DNA from: Hydrolagus colliei
Taxonomy: Eukaryota
Length of the DNA: 64,000 nucleotides
Assembly (NCBI GenBank): GCA_035084275.1
Contig: CM068742.1
Coordinates: 154,504,001-154,568,000, forward strand
Direction of reading: 5' to 3'
Shown here: positions 12,841 through 26,700 of the stretch, one piece after another
How the letters are laid out: each line of letters begins with the position of its first letter
Position numbering within the stretch: the stretch's first letter is position 1
Made by a program: the position numbers and the translations under genes
Notes under the pieces: generated by a model
What the model saw: only the letters and a program-made list of their open reading frames with translations
Database searches by the model: none
What the model was told of the DNA's origin: nothing

Positions 12841-14795
12841 TACACAGTCATTATTTGACAACAAAACCAAAATTTACACTGGTATAGCATCTTTCACGTC
12901 AGGAGGACATCCCAAGGTGCTGGACAGTAAACGAGATGTGTGTACTTGAGACAGAAAATGAGATGAGCAGTGACTGAACAAACTTAATCCTTGCTCTGTC
13001 TTAACCGAAGGTATCTCCGGTCCAAACCTGCAATGATTGTTGGTGACTCAATGAATGTTTCACTTGTGCTTGGAAGTATGTGTCAGTCTAGGGCGCAGTT
13101 ACTAGCTCAGGTATGTGGTAGTTGCAAGTTTGCAGGTTCAAGACCCACTTCAGACCTTTGAGCTCACAGTGCAGGCTAATGCTCCAGCACAGGGTACCTC
13201 TAGGCTTGACTACGCCAACTCTCTGCTTGTCACCCAACTCTTCCCTCCGTAAGCTGCATATCATTCAGCTCGGTTCCTCTCCCACTCTCATCCTCACTTA
13301 CCTGACTACAGCAACAACAACAACAAAATTACATTTATAGAGCGCGTCGAGAGGTGCTGAACAGTCAGGTCGGGACCTGAGCAAGGGAGATGGGCAGGAT
13401 AGGGGTGAGGGGAGAGATAGAGGTGGGAGGGCAGCAGAAGGCACGATCGAAGAGGCGGGTCTTGAGCCCGGCTTTGAAGAAGGTGAGGGAGGGAGCGAGG
13501 CGAAGGGACCGTGGGATGGAGATCCAGAGTGTGGGGGCAGAGCCTCCTCCGAGCAGCAGGTGACTGTAGGCACGATCGAAGAGGAAGCTCTTAAGAGTCT
13601 TAAGACCAACAAAGCTCCAGACAGATCAGTTGTTCACTTCCTGGCTGTGTGCGTCAGCGCAAACACACTGCTGCGTTCACCTGCAAAATAGACAATGTCT
13701 ACTTTGGTGTCTGATGTGGGGCTCGGACCCACAACGTTTTGACCCCAGGAACCAGAGTGGAACTGACAAAGTTAATTTTTTTAAAAAAAAACTCTTGCCT
13801 TTTAGCTGCCACGTTTTACGCACAAAATGCACAGTCACTGCGCTTATATCGGTGTATCCTCTGAAGCGTTTTGAGAAGCCTCGACGACTTGATAAAGTGC
13901 TTTATCAAATACAAGGATTATTAGTATTATTATTGTTAACTGCAGCGTCAGACTGGGTTGAAAAAAATTAAAACTTTGGCCAATCTATAGAGTGGAGCGT
14001 AGAGACATAAACAGGCCTTTCTACCAATCCAGGCTGTTCTGCAGTTTATTAAATCTTTCAACCCTATTTCCCAGCCTTGGCCTCTCACAACTTTACTCAA
14101 CCGGTTGCTCTCTAGTTTTCCTGTGCAGCGCCTTGGGACGTCCTCCCGACATGAAAGGAGCTTTATAAGTTTAAGTTGTTGTTGTAGTTAAAATATCGCC
14201 TTTAATTGTGCCTCTTTGACTCTCTATCTCACTTCTAGTAACAATCAGTTCTTCATAGAATCACAGAATTATATACACAACAGATGGAAACCATTTGTCC
14301 CATCTTGTCCATGCCGGCTCTTTGAAAAGGGCTGTCCAACTCAATCCCGCTCATCCTCCCCCCCTCTCGCCCCACAGCCCTGCAAACCTGTCCCCACCAA
14401 ATAATGATCTACTTCTCTTTTAAAAGTTCTTAACAAATCCGCTCCCACCACCCTATCAGGCAATACATTCCAGATTCCGACAACTCGCTGCGTGAACAAA
14501 TGTCTTCTCACCTCCCCTCTGTTTCTTTTAACAGTTATTTTACATCAGTGTCCTCGGATTAGTAACCCACTCAACATTGGAGATAGTAATTTGGGTCCTC
14601 TAGTTTGCAAGGCGAGCACTCTAAGCGCTAATTAGAGGTGGTGTGTGGTTGGCAGAGAGCTGACCAGGAACAGAGTGTGGTGATAAGTAGAAAAATAACG
14701 CATTCATCCTTTTATGTACAAGGAAATTCAGCAGTTTAACCTGCCCCTGTGATTTCAGCCTCTTGTGGTGTTAACATCCTACTTTGTGTTTACAG

Positions 14796-14896
14796 AGCAC
14801 GGATCTGACCAGCACCAGCGGCTATGATAACCTGATCCAGCGCATGACCGATGGGAGGAAGAGCTGTAAAGAGCTGGAGGACTTTATGAAGCAAAG
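14796..14896 (+). CDS. PSTPIP2: PSTPIP2 exon 2 (STDLTSTSGYDNLIQRMTDGRKSCKELEDFMKQR)
   Basis: tttacAG acceptor, GT donor, 101 nt. FCH motif GYD..IQ....GRK.CKE.EDF.K.R. Confidence 0.95.
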
Positions 14897-17800
14897 GTAC
14901 ACTGTGACCGAGCCTTCGGTCTCTATTAGAGTCTTGTAGAGTAATGGTTAGGATGGGGGCAGTCAAAGAGGAAGGTCCTGAGACGGGCTTTGAAGGAGGT
15001 AGAGGAGGGGCGAGGTGGAGGGATTCTAGGATGGAGTTCCCAAGGGTGTGGGCAGATTGACTGAAGGCCTGACCGCCCTAAATAATCTGGGTTTATCTGT
15101 CAATCCCATTTTAAATAACAATAATAATCCTTGCGTTTTGATCTAAGGCCTTGTCACCTCTCGTTCTGACTACTCCAACACCCTCCTCATCGGTTTCCCC
15201 GCCTTTGGAACTCCCTCTATCAATGGCTTTGCCTCGCCTCCTCGTTAGGTCGCGCCTGAAGCCCTTTCTCTTTGATCGCACTTACGGTCACCTTCACCTT
15301 CGGCCTCGGGCTCTGCCATTGTGAACCGCTCTGAGATGCCGCAAATATACAGTCAATTTCCTTTACAATATATTCTGTGAAGCGCTTTGAGGCATCTAGA
15401 AGACATGAAAAACGCTATATCAAATGCAAGGATTATTATTACTATACAAATCCAAGTTGTTGTTCTTGATATAGTGCTTTTCAAGTCTTCTAGTGAAAGT
15501 GAAATTTACTGTAGTTTTATGGGCACAATGCAGGAGCCAATTGCACACAGCAGTGTCCCACAAACAGTCTTGGATTGAAGTGACCAATTTATTATTTTTT
15601 TTCTTGAGGAATTATTATCAGGGTTTGAAGTAAGGAAATTTGCTCAGGGTTTTACCCTGCCTGGAATCGCTTGTTCCCTCCAAATTTCGAAGTGGCCCCT
15701 GAACCTCTGAGAGGGCCTGGTAATAGGATAGATTGGAAAAGGCCAAGGCTTGAGAATCCCGGAGTGTGCCTTGGAATAACTGCTGGAATAAGTCTAACCA
15801 TCTAAAACTGCATAGTTTGCCATTGCTAGAGTTGTCTGGCAAGTTTTCCCATTGCTTGTCCAGCTAGGACCACTCTACCCATTAGGGCTTTTGCTGCTGG
15901 GTTAACAGGCTGAGTAGGAGGATTCCCTGGCCCAGAGACTGGCGTGTCCTTCCAGGATGAGCCAGGATGTACTGTGGATTATGGCATAGGTATGGTGACT
16001 TCAAAACTGCAGGAAGTTAATGATGAACAATTGGTTAAGTATTGGCTGTTTCTAGATCACCAGAGAGTCGGGGAAATCATTGCTTTTTATTTTGCACAGA
16101 GCCCTGCAATTCTACCCACACAGGCTTTGAGCAGAAATGTGCAAACATCATCTAAATTTTATTGCTGAAGCTGTATTTCCAGAGTTCTTGGAAAACAGTA
16201 ACAGACAGACCAACTTCCCAATTTTTAGCTTCAAATGGCCCACGACCTCGTCCATCCACGACGCCATCTCTGGCCTCCTCCCTCCTCAGTCCATTCCAAC
16301 ATCAGTGGGGGGCTTTCAACAACAATAACAACAAAATGACATTTTTAGAGCGCCTTTCACGTTGGGAGGACGTCCCAAGGTGCTGAACAATCAGGTCGGG
16401 ACCCGAGCAGGGGGGAAAGGGTCGTGGAAGGGGAAGGAGAGTAGGAGAGGGGGCAGAGATAGGAGGGAAGCAGAAGGCACGGTCGAAGAGGAAGGTCTTG
16501 AGACCGGCCTTGAAGGAGGAAAGAGAGGAAAGGAAGGCGAAGGGATTGTGGGATGGAGTTCCACAGTGTGGGAGCAGAGAGGCTGAAAGCCCGGCCACCG
16601 ATGGTAGGATGGTTAGGGCGGCGGACACGGCAGGCCAGAGCCTACTGAGCAGAGGGGACGGGCGGACTGATAGGGAGACAATAGGTCGGAGAGATAGGCC
16701 ATTTTGCTACCCTCCACTGCAACTCTCTTCTCTAACAAACAAACAAACAACTTGGATTTATATAGCGCTCTCCATGCCAGACATCTTCAGCCCAACCCCA
16801 CCTCCACCCCTTCCTGTAAGTGATTCTGTAGAGTTGTTTACTGTGGTGGCTAGCTCACTAGCCTTGCAATATTCTGTGTCTGGAGGGGATATGAGAAAGC
16901 CAAAAACAGTTATTAAAAAAGAAAGAGGAAGCTACAACTGGGGTTAAATTGAGAGCCTGTGAAGAAATGCTGAGTATTTGAGACCTGTCAAATAGTCTTC
17001 TGAATATGTTGAAGAACATAAGAAATAGTTGCAGGAGTAGGCCATTCAGCCCCTCGAGTCTGTCCGAATAAGATCATGGCTGATATTCTAACCTAACTCC
17101 ATTCACCCGCCCTAATCCCCCTTTCCCTTAATTCCTCTATTCTTTGGAAATCTATCAATCTCAATCTTGAATATGTTGAAGGACTGAGCATCCGCAGCCT
17201 TCTGGGGAAGAGAATTCCATAAATTCACTCTGAGTGAAGAAAGGTCTCCTCAACTCTGTTTGAAAAGGCTGACCCTTAATCTTGAGATGATGACCCCTAG
17301 TTTTACATTCTCTAACCAGCGGAAATAGTCTCACACTGTCTACCCAGTACTGAAATCTCAGTACTGTAATACGAAATCTCTCCAAATAAAGAAAGAATTT
17401 GGTCCCTCAATCCAGTACAGTTTATGGGACACTGCTGTGCATAATTGGCTGCCGCATTTTACCATCAAAATATACGGTCAATTCACTTTGCAGTATATTC
17501 TGTGAAGACTTGATAATAATAATAATCCTTGCATTTGATAGAATGCTTTTTCGCATCTTCTAGACGTCTCAAAGAGTTTCACAGAAAGTACTGTAAAGTG
17601 AATTGACTATATGTTTGTGGGTGAATCTCGGCAGCCAATTGCGCACAGCAGCGTCCCCACAAACAGTTGTGGATTGAAATTTTATTATTGTGTTTTTTTT
17701 TTAGGCATTATTATAAGGCGCGTGAAAAAGGAAATTTGCCCAACGATTCGTCCTGCCGGGAATAGAACCTAGGTCACTCACTTGCGAGCTATATCATAAG

Positions 17801-18719
17801 ACACTATATCAAATTCACTCTATTTATTTCACTCATTTTAGAGCATCCAAAAATTTGAAAGATTGTTAAATTAATATTAACTTTTTTCTTGCAAGTGTCT
17901 CAAAAATTAAATAACAACAAAGTTACATTTGTATTGTTTTTTTCACATTGGGAGGACGTCCCAAGGCGCTGAACGGTCAATGTTTTGGACGTGAGCTGGG
18001 AGTCCGGATTGGGGAGGTTGGAGGGTCAGGGGGCAAGGAGGGTTATTAAAAGTTGATTGAAGAGGAGCGTCTTGAAGTGTGTCTTGGAGGAGGCAAGAGA
18101 GGGGGCGAGGAGGAGGGACTGCGGGATGGAGTTCCAGAGGGTGGGGACCGAGTGGCTGAAAGATGTCCACAGGTGCTGGACAATCAGTGTTTCGGACCTG
18201 AGCTGGGGGTCGGGATCGGGGATGATGGGAGATGATGGGGTTTGGGGGGGAGGGTTATTGGTCGAAACGGAGGGCTATAGCAATAAAGGAAACCAGCTTT
18301 CAATAGAATAAATCCTGACCCAGGTAAAATCTCTCTCCACCTGTCTCTCCCACCTTGACCAGTGATCGGAGAGAGATTGCTAAGAGATTGAAGGGGAATG
18401 GAAGGGAGGAAGGATACAGATTTTGAATCAATAAGTAGAACATCGAGGCCATTGTATCTGTCCACTGTTCTCTCTGACCTGCTTTTTCTCTGCCTGGGAA
18501 TCAAACTCAGATCCTCGCTTGGCTGCTCTAACCACGAGTTGATTGGCGGATCTTTTCCGGGTGGAATAGTCACTCCAAAAATGTTTTTAAAAATAAATTT
18601 GGTCACTCAATCCACAGCGGTTTGCGAGACACTGCTGTGTGCAATTGGCTGCCACATTTTGCCCACAAGATTATACAGTCAGTTCACTTTACAGTATATT
18701 CTATGAAGCGCTTTGAGAC

Positions 18720-21470
18720 AACAACAACAACAACAACAATTTACATTTATATAGCGCCTTTCACGTCGGGAGGACGTCCCAAGGCGCTAAACAAGAGGCG
18801 TGTGACCTGAGCTGGGAGGGGAGTGTTTGGGAAGGGGTGAAACATGAAGGGGAGGTAAAAGAGTTCGGGGTGGAACAAAAGGCACGATCGAAGAGGAAAG
18901 TCTTCAAATCGGCCTTGAAAGAGGAAAGGGAAGAGGTGAAACGGAGGGATTGAGGGATGGCATTCCATAAGGTGGGAGCGGAGAAACTGAAGGCCCGGCC
19001 TCCGATGGTGGGGCGGTTCGGGCGGGGGGCTTGGAGCAGGCCAAGTCCTGTTGAACGGAGGGCCCGGGTGGGCGTGTAGGGGGAGAGTAGATCGGCTAGG
19101 TAGGATGGGGCAAGGCCGTGTAAGGCCTTGTAGGTGAGGACGAGGATCTTAAATTCGATCCTCTGGAGGATGAGGAGCCAGTGGAGACGGGCAAGGGTGG
19201 GGGTTATGTGGTCGCGGAGGCGGGTGCGGGATAGTACACGGGCTGCAGAGTTTTGGATGACCTGCAGCCTGTGAATGGAGGAACTGGGGAGGCCGACTAG
19301 GAGAGAGTTTCCGTAGTCCAGCCGTGAGGTGATGTATGCGTGCACGAGTGTTTCAGCAGCGCGGGGGGTAAGATAATTGCGGAGCCTGGCAATGTTGCGC
19401 AGATGGAAATAGGCGGTGCCGGTCAAGGCGCGGATGTGGGGGAGGAAGGAAAGTTTTTGATCGAACATGATGCCGAGGTTCCTGATTGGCTTTGTGAGGT
19501 GGAGAGTGCAGCCTTGGATGTTGAGGCTGGCAGCGCCCGATGTGCGGAGGCGCTGGCTTGAGCCAATCAGGAGGGCCTCGGTCTTACTCACGTTCAATTG
19601 CAAAAAGTTGTCCCTCGTCCACGATTCGATGTCGGACAGACATGCTGTCAGAACATCGATCGTCTGGGGGTTGAGGGATGAGGCAGAAAGGTACAACTGG
19701 GTGTCGTCCGCATACATGTGGAAATTTACCCCATGTCTGCGGATGACGTCGCCCAGAGGGAGCGTGTAAATGGTGAAAAGGAGGGGACCGAGGACAGAGC
19801 CCTGAGGGACGCCATGGGAAACTGTGCGGGGGTTTGATGAAAAGCCATTGGAAGAAACAAAATGTAAACGATGGGTCAAATAAGAGTGGAACCAGTCAAG
19901 GACTGTGCCTTGAAGGTTGAGGTGGGAGGAAAGACGTTGGAGGAGGATGGTGTGATCGACTGTGTCGAACGCAGCAGACAGGTCAAGGAGGACGAGGAGG
20001 CAGAGGTAGCCCTGGTCACAGGCGGTTAGGATGTCATTTGTGACCTTGACCAGGGCAGTTTCTGTGCTGTGGATAGGGCGGAAACCTGATTGGAGGGGTT
20101 CAAAAAGTGAATGAGTTGAAAGGAAAGAGTGGAGCTGGGAGGCAACCACTCTTTCAAGGACCTTGGATAAAAACGGGAGGTTGGAGATGGGTCTATAACT
20201 TGATGGTTGCGACGCATCAAGGGAGGGTTTCTTCAGGATAGGGGTGATGGTGGCTGTTTTAAGGGAGGTAGGGACGGTTCCTGAGGAGAGGGAAAGGTTA
20301 ATGGTGTCAGAAATGAGTGGGGCTAACAAATGGAGCTGGGTGCGGAGGAGGGGGGTGTGGATGGGGTCCAATGAGCACGTGGTGGGTTTCATGGAGGTGA
20401 TTGTTTTTGTGATTGAAAGCGGGGTGGTGGGGTTGAAAGTGTGAAATGGGGGGTGAGTAGGGGTTGAGGTAGCTGATGAGGGCGCTGAGATGGAGGAGTG
20501 GTGGGGGGAGGAAACCGCACAGCGGATTTTCTCAATTTTGGATTCGAGGAAATCCAGCATCTCCTCACAACGAACGTTTGAGGAGAGGATCTGCGAGGTG
20601 AGGCGGGGGGGGGCGGAGGAGCTGGTTGGTGGTGGCGAAGAGGAGGCGGTGGTTGTCCTTCGCTTCCAGGATTATCCTGGAGTAGAAGGCTGATTTGGCG
20701 GTGGCTAGGGCGGAGCGGTAATTTTTGATGCGGTCCAGCCAGATTTGCCGGTGGACCGTGAGGCCAGATTTGAGTCAGGTGCGTTCAACTGCTCTCACTT
20801 GGCTTTTGAGGGAACGGAGGTGAGATGTGTACCACGGTGATGATCGGGAATGGGAGACGGTTTTGGAGGTGAGGGGGGCCAGGGTGTCGAGGGTAGTGGA
20901 GAGGGTGTTGTGGAGGGCGGTGGAGGCGGAGGATGGGTCTGTACAAAAAGAATGCCATTGTGGGAGGAGGTCGGAGGTTTCTAGGGCAGAGGTGAAAGTT
21001 TGAGGGGGAATCTTCTTCCAGGGCCGGTAGAAGATGGTGGTGGGTTTGGAAGTGGAGGTGGGAGGGATAGAGGTGTTGAAAGAAATGAGGAAATGGTCAG
21101 AAATGGCCTTGTCGGTGATGGTGACGCCAGAGACGTTGAGGCCTCGGGTGATCACCAGATCGAGAGGATGGCCATGGGTGTGGGTGGCAGTGTTGATATG
21201 AAGGGAGAAGTTGAAAGACGAAAGTAAAGAGGAAAATTCAGAGGAAATGGGGCAGGAGGGGGTGAAATGGAGGTTGAAATCGCCAAGAATAATAAGGCGA
21301 TCAGAGGAGGCACAAAGGGAAACTAATAGTGAAGAAAAGTCTGAAATGAAAGTGGGGGAGGGTTTGGGGGGGCGATAAACTAATAGGATTTTGAAAGAAC
21401 TGTGGGAGGAGTGAGAAAGGGTGAGATGTTCAAAAGAGGGGAAGGAGCCGGAGGAATAGGGGGATAAGCC
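18720..21470 (-). mobile_element. L2 LINE, 5'-truncated, near-intact ORF2 (APE C-terminal part plus RT)
   Basis: 599-aa ORF 18761-20560 with [13 protein letters not shown] and YADDTQLY. Upstream frame has APE motifs (YRPP, LGDFN, TH..GHPLDL), with a TGG>TGA stop at ~20775. Tail ends in (GTT)n. Inserted into a SINE. Confidence 0.95.
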
Positions 21471-21919
21471 TATATACGTCTAGAAGATGTGAAAAGCACT
21501 ATATCAAATGCAAGGATTATTGATATTATTGTTGATCAACAGAGTTGAGGAAACGATCTTCACTCAGAATGCAGTAGCTCAGTGCCAGGAATTCAGCCAG
21601 GAATCTGCTGATATTGACAGATCCCAGGAATTGTAACCAGAATCTTTTGCAGTATGAGAGGAGGTGGTCCAGCAAACAACAACAACAACAAGTTGTGTTT
21701 ATATAGGGGCCTTGAAGCGCTCGCGATGGCTCTCTGACAGGGCCCACACCCCATCCCCACACACAAGGAGGATAGGGAGGGTGGGAGGACGGCCAAAGTT
21801 ATAGAATCATACAGCACAGAAGGAAGCCATTCGCCCCATCGTGACTGCGCTGGGTCTGAACAGAGCTGTCCAACTCAATCCCACTGTCCCGCTCTCTCTC
21901 CACAGTCCTGCAATCTTGT

Positions 21920-23045
21920 CATAGAATCATAGAATTTTACGGCACAAAAGGAGGCCATTCGGCCCATCTAGTCTGTGCCGGCTCTTTGAAAAGAGCGATT
22001 CAATCCCATTGCCCTGCCCGCTCCCCATAGCCTAATAGACCAGTTCTTCCTAAATAAAAATCTAATTCCCTTTTAAAAGTTGTTATCGAATCAGCCTCCA
22101 CCACCTTTTCAGGCAATGCATTCCAGATTCGAACAACTCGCTGAGTGAAAAAATTTCTCCTCAGCTCCCCTCTACTGCGCCTTGAAACTATTTTAAATCT
22201 GTGACCACGAGTCACAGATTCACCCACGAGTGGAAATAGTTTTTCTCTATTTGCCCTGTCGAAACCCCTCATGATCTTATAAACCTCTATTAGGTCTCCC
22301 CTCAATCTTCTCTGCTCCAGAGAGAATAACCCTAGCCTATCTAGCCTCTCCTCATAGCTGAAGTCCCTCAATCCTGGCACCATCCTAGTAAATCTTCGTT
22401 GTACCCTTTCCAATGCCTTCACATCCTTTCTGTAGTGTGGTGACCAGAATTGAACACAGTATTCCAGCTGAGGCCTCACCAAAGTTTTATAGAGGTTAGT
22501 CAGCACTTCCTGACTTTTGTACTCTATACCCCTATTTATAAAGCCTAGTATCCCATATGCCTTCTTAACAGCCTTGTCTACCTGTCCTGCCACCTTCAAC
22601 GAGTCACTAACACAAATCCCCAGGTCTCTCTGTTCCTTCACACCATTTAAAATTGTACTATCTAGCCTAGATTGCCTCCCTTCATTTCTTCTCCCAAAAT
22701 GCATCACCTCACACTTCTCTGCATTAAACTTCATCTGCCATGTGTCTGCCCACTTTACCAATTTGTCTATATCCTCTTGCAGATGGCTACTATCCTCCTC
22801 ACTGTTTACTATTCTCCCTAACTTAGTGTCATCTGCAAACTTGGAAACTGTACTCCGTACACCCAAGTCCAGATCATTGATGTAGATTACAAAGAGCAAT
22901 GGTCCCAAAACCGATCCCTGTGGCACACCACTGCTCACTTCCCTCCAATCTGAAAAACAGCCGCTCACTACAACTCTCTGCTTTCTGTCTCGCAGCCAGT
23001 TGTGGATCCACGCTGCCACTGTCCCTTTTACGCCATGGGCCTTTA
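21920..23045 (-). mobile_element. CR1 LINE 3' portion
   Basis: ORF 22000-23190 with [51 protein letters not shown]. 3' end (TTCTATGA)n. Confidence 0.93.
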
Positions 23046-24949
23046 ATTTTGTCCTCCTCAAATACCCATCTACTTCCCTCTTAAAATTCGTAATTGAATC
23101 AGCTTCCACTACCCTTTTAGGCAATGTATTCCAGATTACCAACAACTCACTGGGTGACATTTTCCCCTCTACCTCTGTTTCTTGTAACAACTATGTGAAA
23201 TCAGTGTCCTTGGGTTACTGACCCACTTGCCAGTGGAAAGAGTTTTTCCCAGTTCAACCTACCAATCCCCCTCATGATCTTGAAAATCTCCATTAAATCC
23301 CCTCTTAACCTTCTCTGCTCTTGGGAGAATAATCCTAGTTTCGCTAACCTCTCCTCATAACTAAGGTCCTTTATTCCTGGAACCCTCCTTTGTACCCTGT
23401 CCAATGTCTTAACATCTTTCCTAAAGTGTGGTGCCCAGAACTGAACACAGGCTCCAACTGAGGCCTTTTTTAAACAGTTTTATCTACTTTTCCTGCCACC
23501 TTCAGAGATTTGCTTATATGGAACCCCAGGTCTCTCGAATTCAAGATCCTCTAGGCCCTTCAAGGCCCTTCATGGCCTTTCCCCTCCACATCGCCGACCT
23601 CCGACTATGAACCTCCCGTCCCCTCTGTTCAGTGGGCTCCAGACTGCTCCATGTCCCCTGTCCGACCTGCCTTTCAGCCTCTCTACCCTCAAACTGTGGA
23701 AATCCATCCCGCAGAACCTTCGCCTAGCACCCTCCCTTGCCTCCTTGAAGGCTGGTCTTCTCTTCAACTGTGCCTTCTGCTGTCCTCCCAACTCTCTCCC
23801 TCCCCTCCTAACTCTCTCCTACTCATTCCCCCCTACCCTGCCCCTCTCCCTTGCTCGGGTCCCGACCTGATTGATCAGCATCCTCTTGACATGAAAGACG
23901 CTCTATAAATGTAATTTTGTTGTTATTGTAATTACCGACTCACTGACCAGTAGAAATAATTCCTGCCAGTTTCCATCTTCCCTGCTGCCTCCCCATTAAC
24001 CCTTCCTATTCCCTACCTCCCTCACATGGAGGTGTCTGTGAGGGGATGGGATAGAAGAAGAATATAACTACTAGCGGGGATCAGTGGGGTCTATTTCTGT
24101 GTGGGAACAGTATGAATTTGTATGAGGCTAAATCTGCTTGTCAGGCCTCCTCTCGGCCCCCTCTGTGTTTCCGCAGACTCTGCTCCTAGGTTACGCAGCT
24201 CAGGCTGTGTTATTGTGTGGAGGATTGGAGGGGTGGGGAGGTAGGGAGTTGGTGTGCCTGAACTCTGAATTTGGCGAGGAATGTCACGGGTTTCAGTGAC
24301 GGAGTTTGCTAATCCGCCTGAAGCTAATCTGCCAACGTCGAAGGGCTTTCTCATGCGTATTTATTTATACAGCAGATTTTCGAGCTTCAACATCCTTGTT
24401 CTCATCTATAAAGCCCTCCAGGCCTTGGCCCTCCTCACCTCCTCACAATGACTTGCTAACCTCATACCTATCTGTAGCTCATACCACCTCCTCTCAGTGG
24501 GCTCCTGCCTGCTCCACATCACCCTGCTTTGCCCACCCCACCATTGGTGGTTTGACCTTCAGCCTCTCTGCCCCCACCCTTTAGGACTCCCTCCCTGAGG
24601 CCCCCTCCCTTGCCTCCTTCAAGGCCCATCTCAAGACCTTCCTTCTCGGCCATGCCTTCGGTCCCACCTTGATTATACATGGTCACCCCCATCTGAGATG
24701 AGGGGAATTTTAGGTTTTAATCTGTTTCCCTTTGGTACAGTCCTATTGTTCACTACAGCCCCTCCCCGCATTGTGTTACTGCTCGTGTTAATGTAGGCAA
24801 CTAGGGGGGCAGGGAAGCGGAGAGTATTACAGTGAGAGAGGGAGGGGGAGTAACAGGATATCCTGTTAGTTACAGATATGTGATGGGGGAAGGTGTGTGG
24901 AGGATGGGGGAGAGAGAGAACAGCCTAGCTGTTACAGGAGTCCTGAAGC

Positions 24950-25390
24950 CCAGTGGTTAGAGCACTCGCCTTACAAGCGAGAGACCTGGGTTCAATTCCC
25001 AGGGCAAAAGCTTGGGTAAGTTTCCTTTCACCACACGCCTGCTAATAATCCTACCAAAAATATATAATTTGGTCACACAATTCACGACCGTTTCTGGGAC
25101 ACTGCTGTGTGTAAAATGGTTGCCACGTTTTGCCCACAAAATATACAGTCAATTCACTGTCCAGTTCTGACGAAGGGTCGCGGACCCGAAACGTTGACTC
25201 ACTTTCCTTTCTCCATGGATGCTGCCTGACCTGCTGAGTTTTCCCAGCAACTTCTGTTTTTGTTTCAGATTTCCAGTGTCTGTAGTATTTTGTGTTTTGT
25301 TTCACTTTGCAGTATATTCTGTGAAGCGCTTTGAGACGTCTAGAAGATGTGGAAAGTGCTATATCAAATGCAAGGATTATTATTATTGTA
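24950..25390 (+). mobile_element. Deu-domain SINE interrupted by the hammerhead repeat
   Basis: The SINE is continuous once 25159-25306 is removed. Confidence 0.88.
25159..25300 (+). mobile_element. Penelope-derived 142-bp repeat with intact minimal hammerhead core, TTCACT target-site duplication
   Basis: CTGACGA-a-GGGTC/GACCC-GAAACGTT, flanked by TTCACT at 25153-25158 and 25301-25306 within a SINE. Confidence 0.75.
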
Positions 25391-26074
25391 ATTAAGCCGA
25401 CAAGTAAAACCTCTACAAAAAAAAACAGAACCTACTATTCCTTTCTCCCTCATGTACCTACCTAGCTTCCCCTTAAATAAATCAATTCGCCTCAGTAGCT
25501 ACTTGTGGTTGTGAGTTCCACATTCTCAACACACTCTGCGTGAGGAAATGTCTTGTACTTGATCTATTTATGCCCCTGGTTTTGGTCTCCACAAGTAAAA
25601 ATATCTTTCCCATGTCACCCCCCCCATCAAAACATTTCCTAATTTTAAAGATCTCTATCAGCTCACCGCTTAACCTGTGGTTTTAAAGAGAAAAAAAGAT
25701 TTCGAGCTTGTTTCCTGATCGGTTTAAAAATCTCTCATTTGTGGGAGGCTCTCCTTCGTACCTTCTCCAGTGCGTCTGTATCCCTTCTATGATGTGGGGA
25801 CCAGAACTGCACACAGTATTCTACCACAACAACTTGGATTTATGTAGTGCCCTCACTGCACACTGGGGCCGAGCCAGAGGGGGAGGGGAAAAAAGGTGAC
25901 CTAAAGCGCAAAAAGAAAGGTCTTAGCCGAGACGTGAGAGTAGGAAGAGAGCGGGCGCGAGGCAAAGGGATGAAGAAGGGAGTTCCAGAGACTCGGGGGC
26001 TGAAGGCACGGCCTTCAAAAGATTCCAAGCTTGTTCAGCCTCGGGGTGTATATTTCCACGGTGTGTATAATAAT

Positions 26075-26410
26075 AAAATAATAATAATCCTGGCATTTGA
26101 TTTAGCGCTTTTCACATCTTCTAAATGTCTCAGAGCGCTTCACAGAATATACCGTAAAGTGAAGTGACTGTATATTTGTGGGCGAAACGCGGCAGCCAAT
26201 TGCGCACAGCAGCGTCCCCACAAACAGCCGTGGACTGAAAAGACCCATTTTATTTTTGTGTGTTTTATTGGAAGGATTATTATCAGGTATGTGTGTGTGT
26301 GTGTGTGTGTGTAGTAAGGAAACTTGCCCAAAGTTTCGCCCTGACCTGCCTGGAATCGAACACAGGTCTCACCCTTGTAAGGCGAGCGCTCTAGCCACTG
26401 AGCTACAGGA
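26075..26410 (-). mobile_element. tRNA-derived Deu-domain SINE
   Basis: Full copy with internal (TG)n. Confidence 0.9.
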
Positions 26411-26625
26411 GCTCCACAAAATATGGCACGACTCACAAATTTGCATGTCACCCTTGTTCCTCCTACCAAAATCACATTTTTCTACATTGAAATGCATTTG
26501 CCATTGAAATGCATTTGCCATTGAAATGCCCATTCAGCAAGTTTATTAATGTCTTGCTCTAACTTGTTGCTGTCCTCCTCTGTATTAACTATTCCCCCCA
26601 CAACTTGTGTGTCTCTTGGATCCAG

Positions 26626-26700
26626 GGCCAGCATTGAGGAGCGATACGGGAAGGATTTGGTGTCTCTGTCAAAGAAAGTGTGCGGGCAGAATGAACTCAA
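26626..26700 (+). CDS. PSTPIP2: PSTPIP2 exon 3 (ASIEERYGKDLVSLSKKVCGQNELN)
   Basis: tccAG/GTGAGT, 75 nt, phase 2 to phase 2. Matches A.IEERYGKDL..LS.K.CGQ.E.N. Confidence 0.95.

Noticed and set aside
22000-23190. 396-aa ORF as a host gene
   Set aside because: CR1 reverse-transcriptase C-terminus fused to a second CR1 fragment.
26489-26535. 17-bp tandem duplication AAATGCATTTGCCATTG
   Set aside because: Local slippage within a decayed CR1 fragment (WQMHFN); no sign of function.
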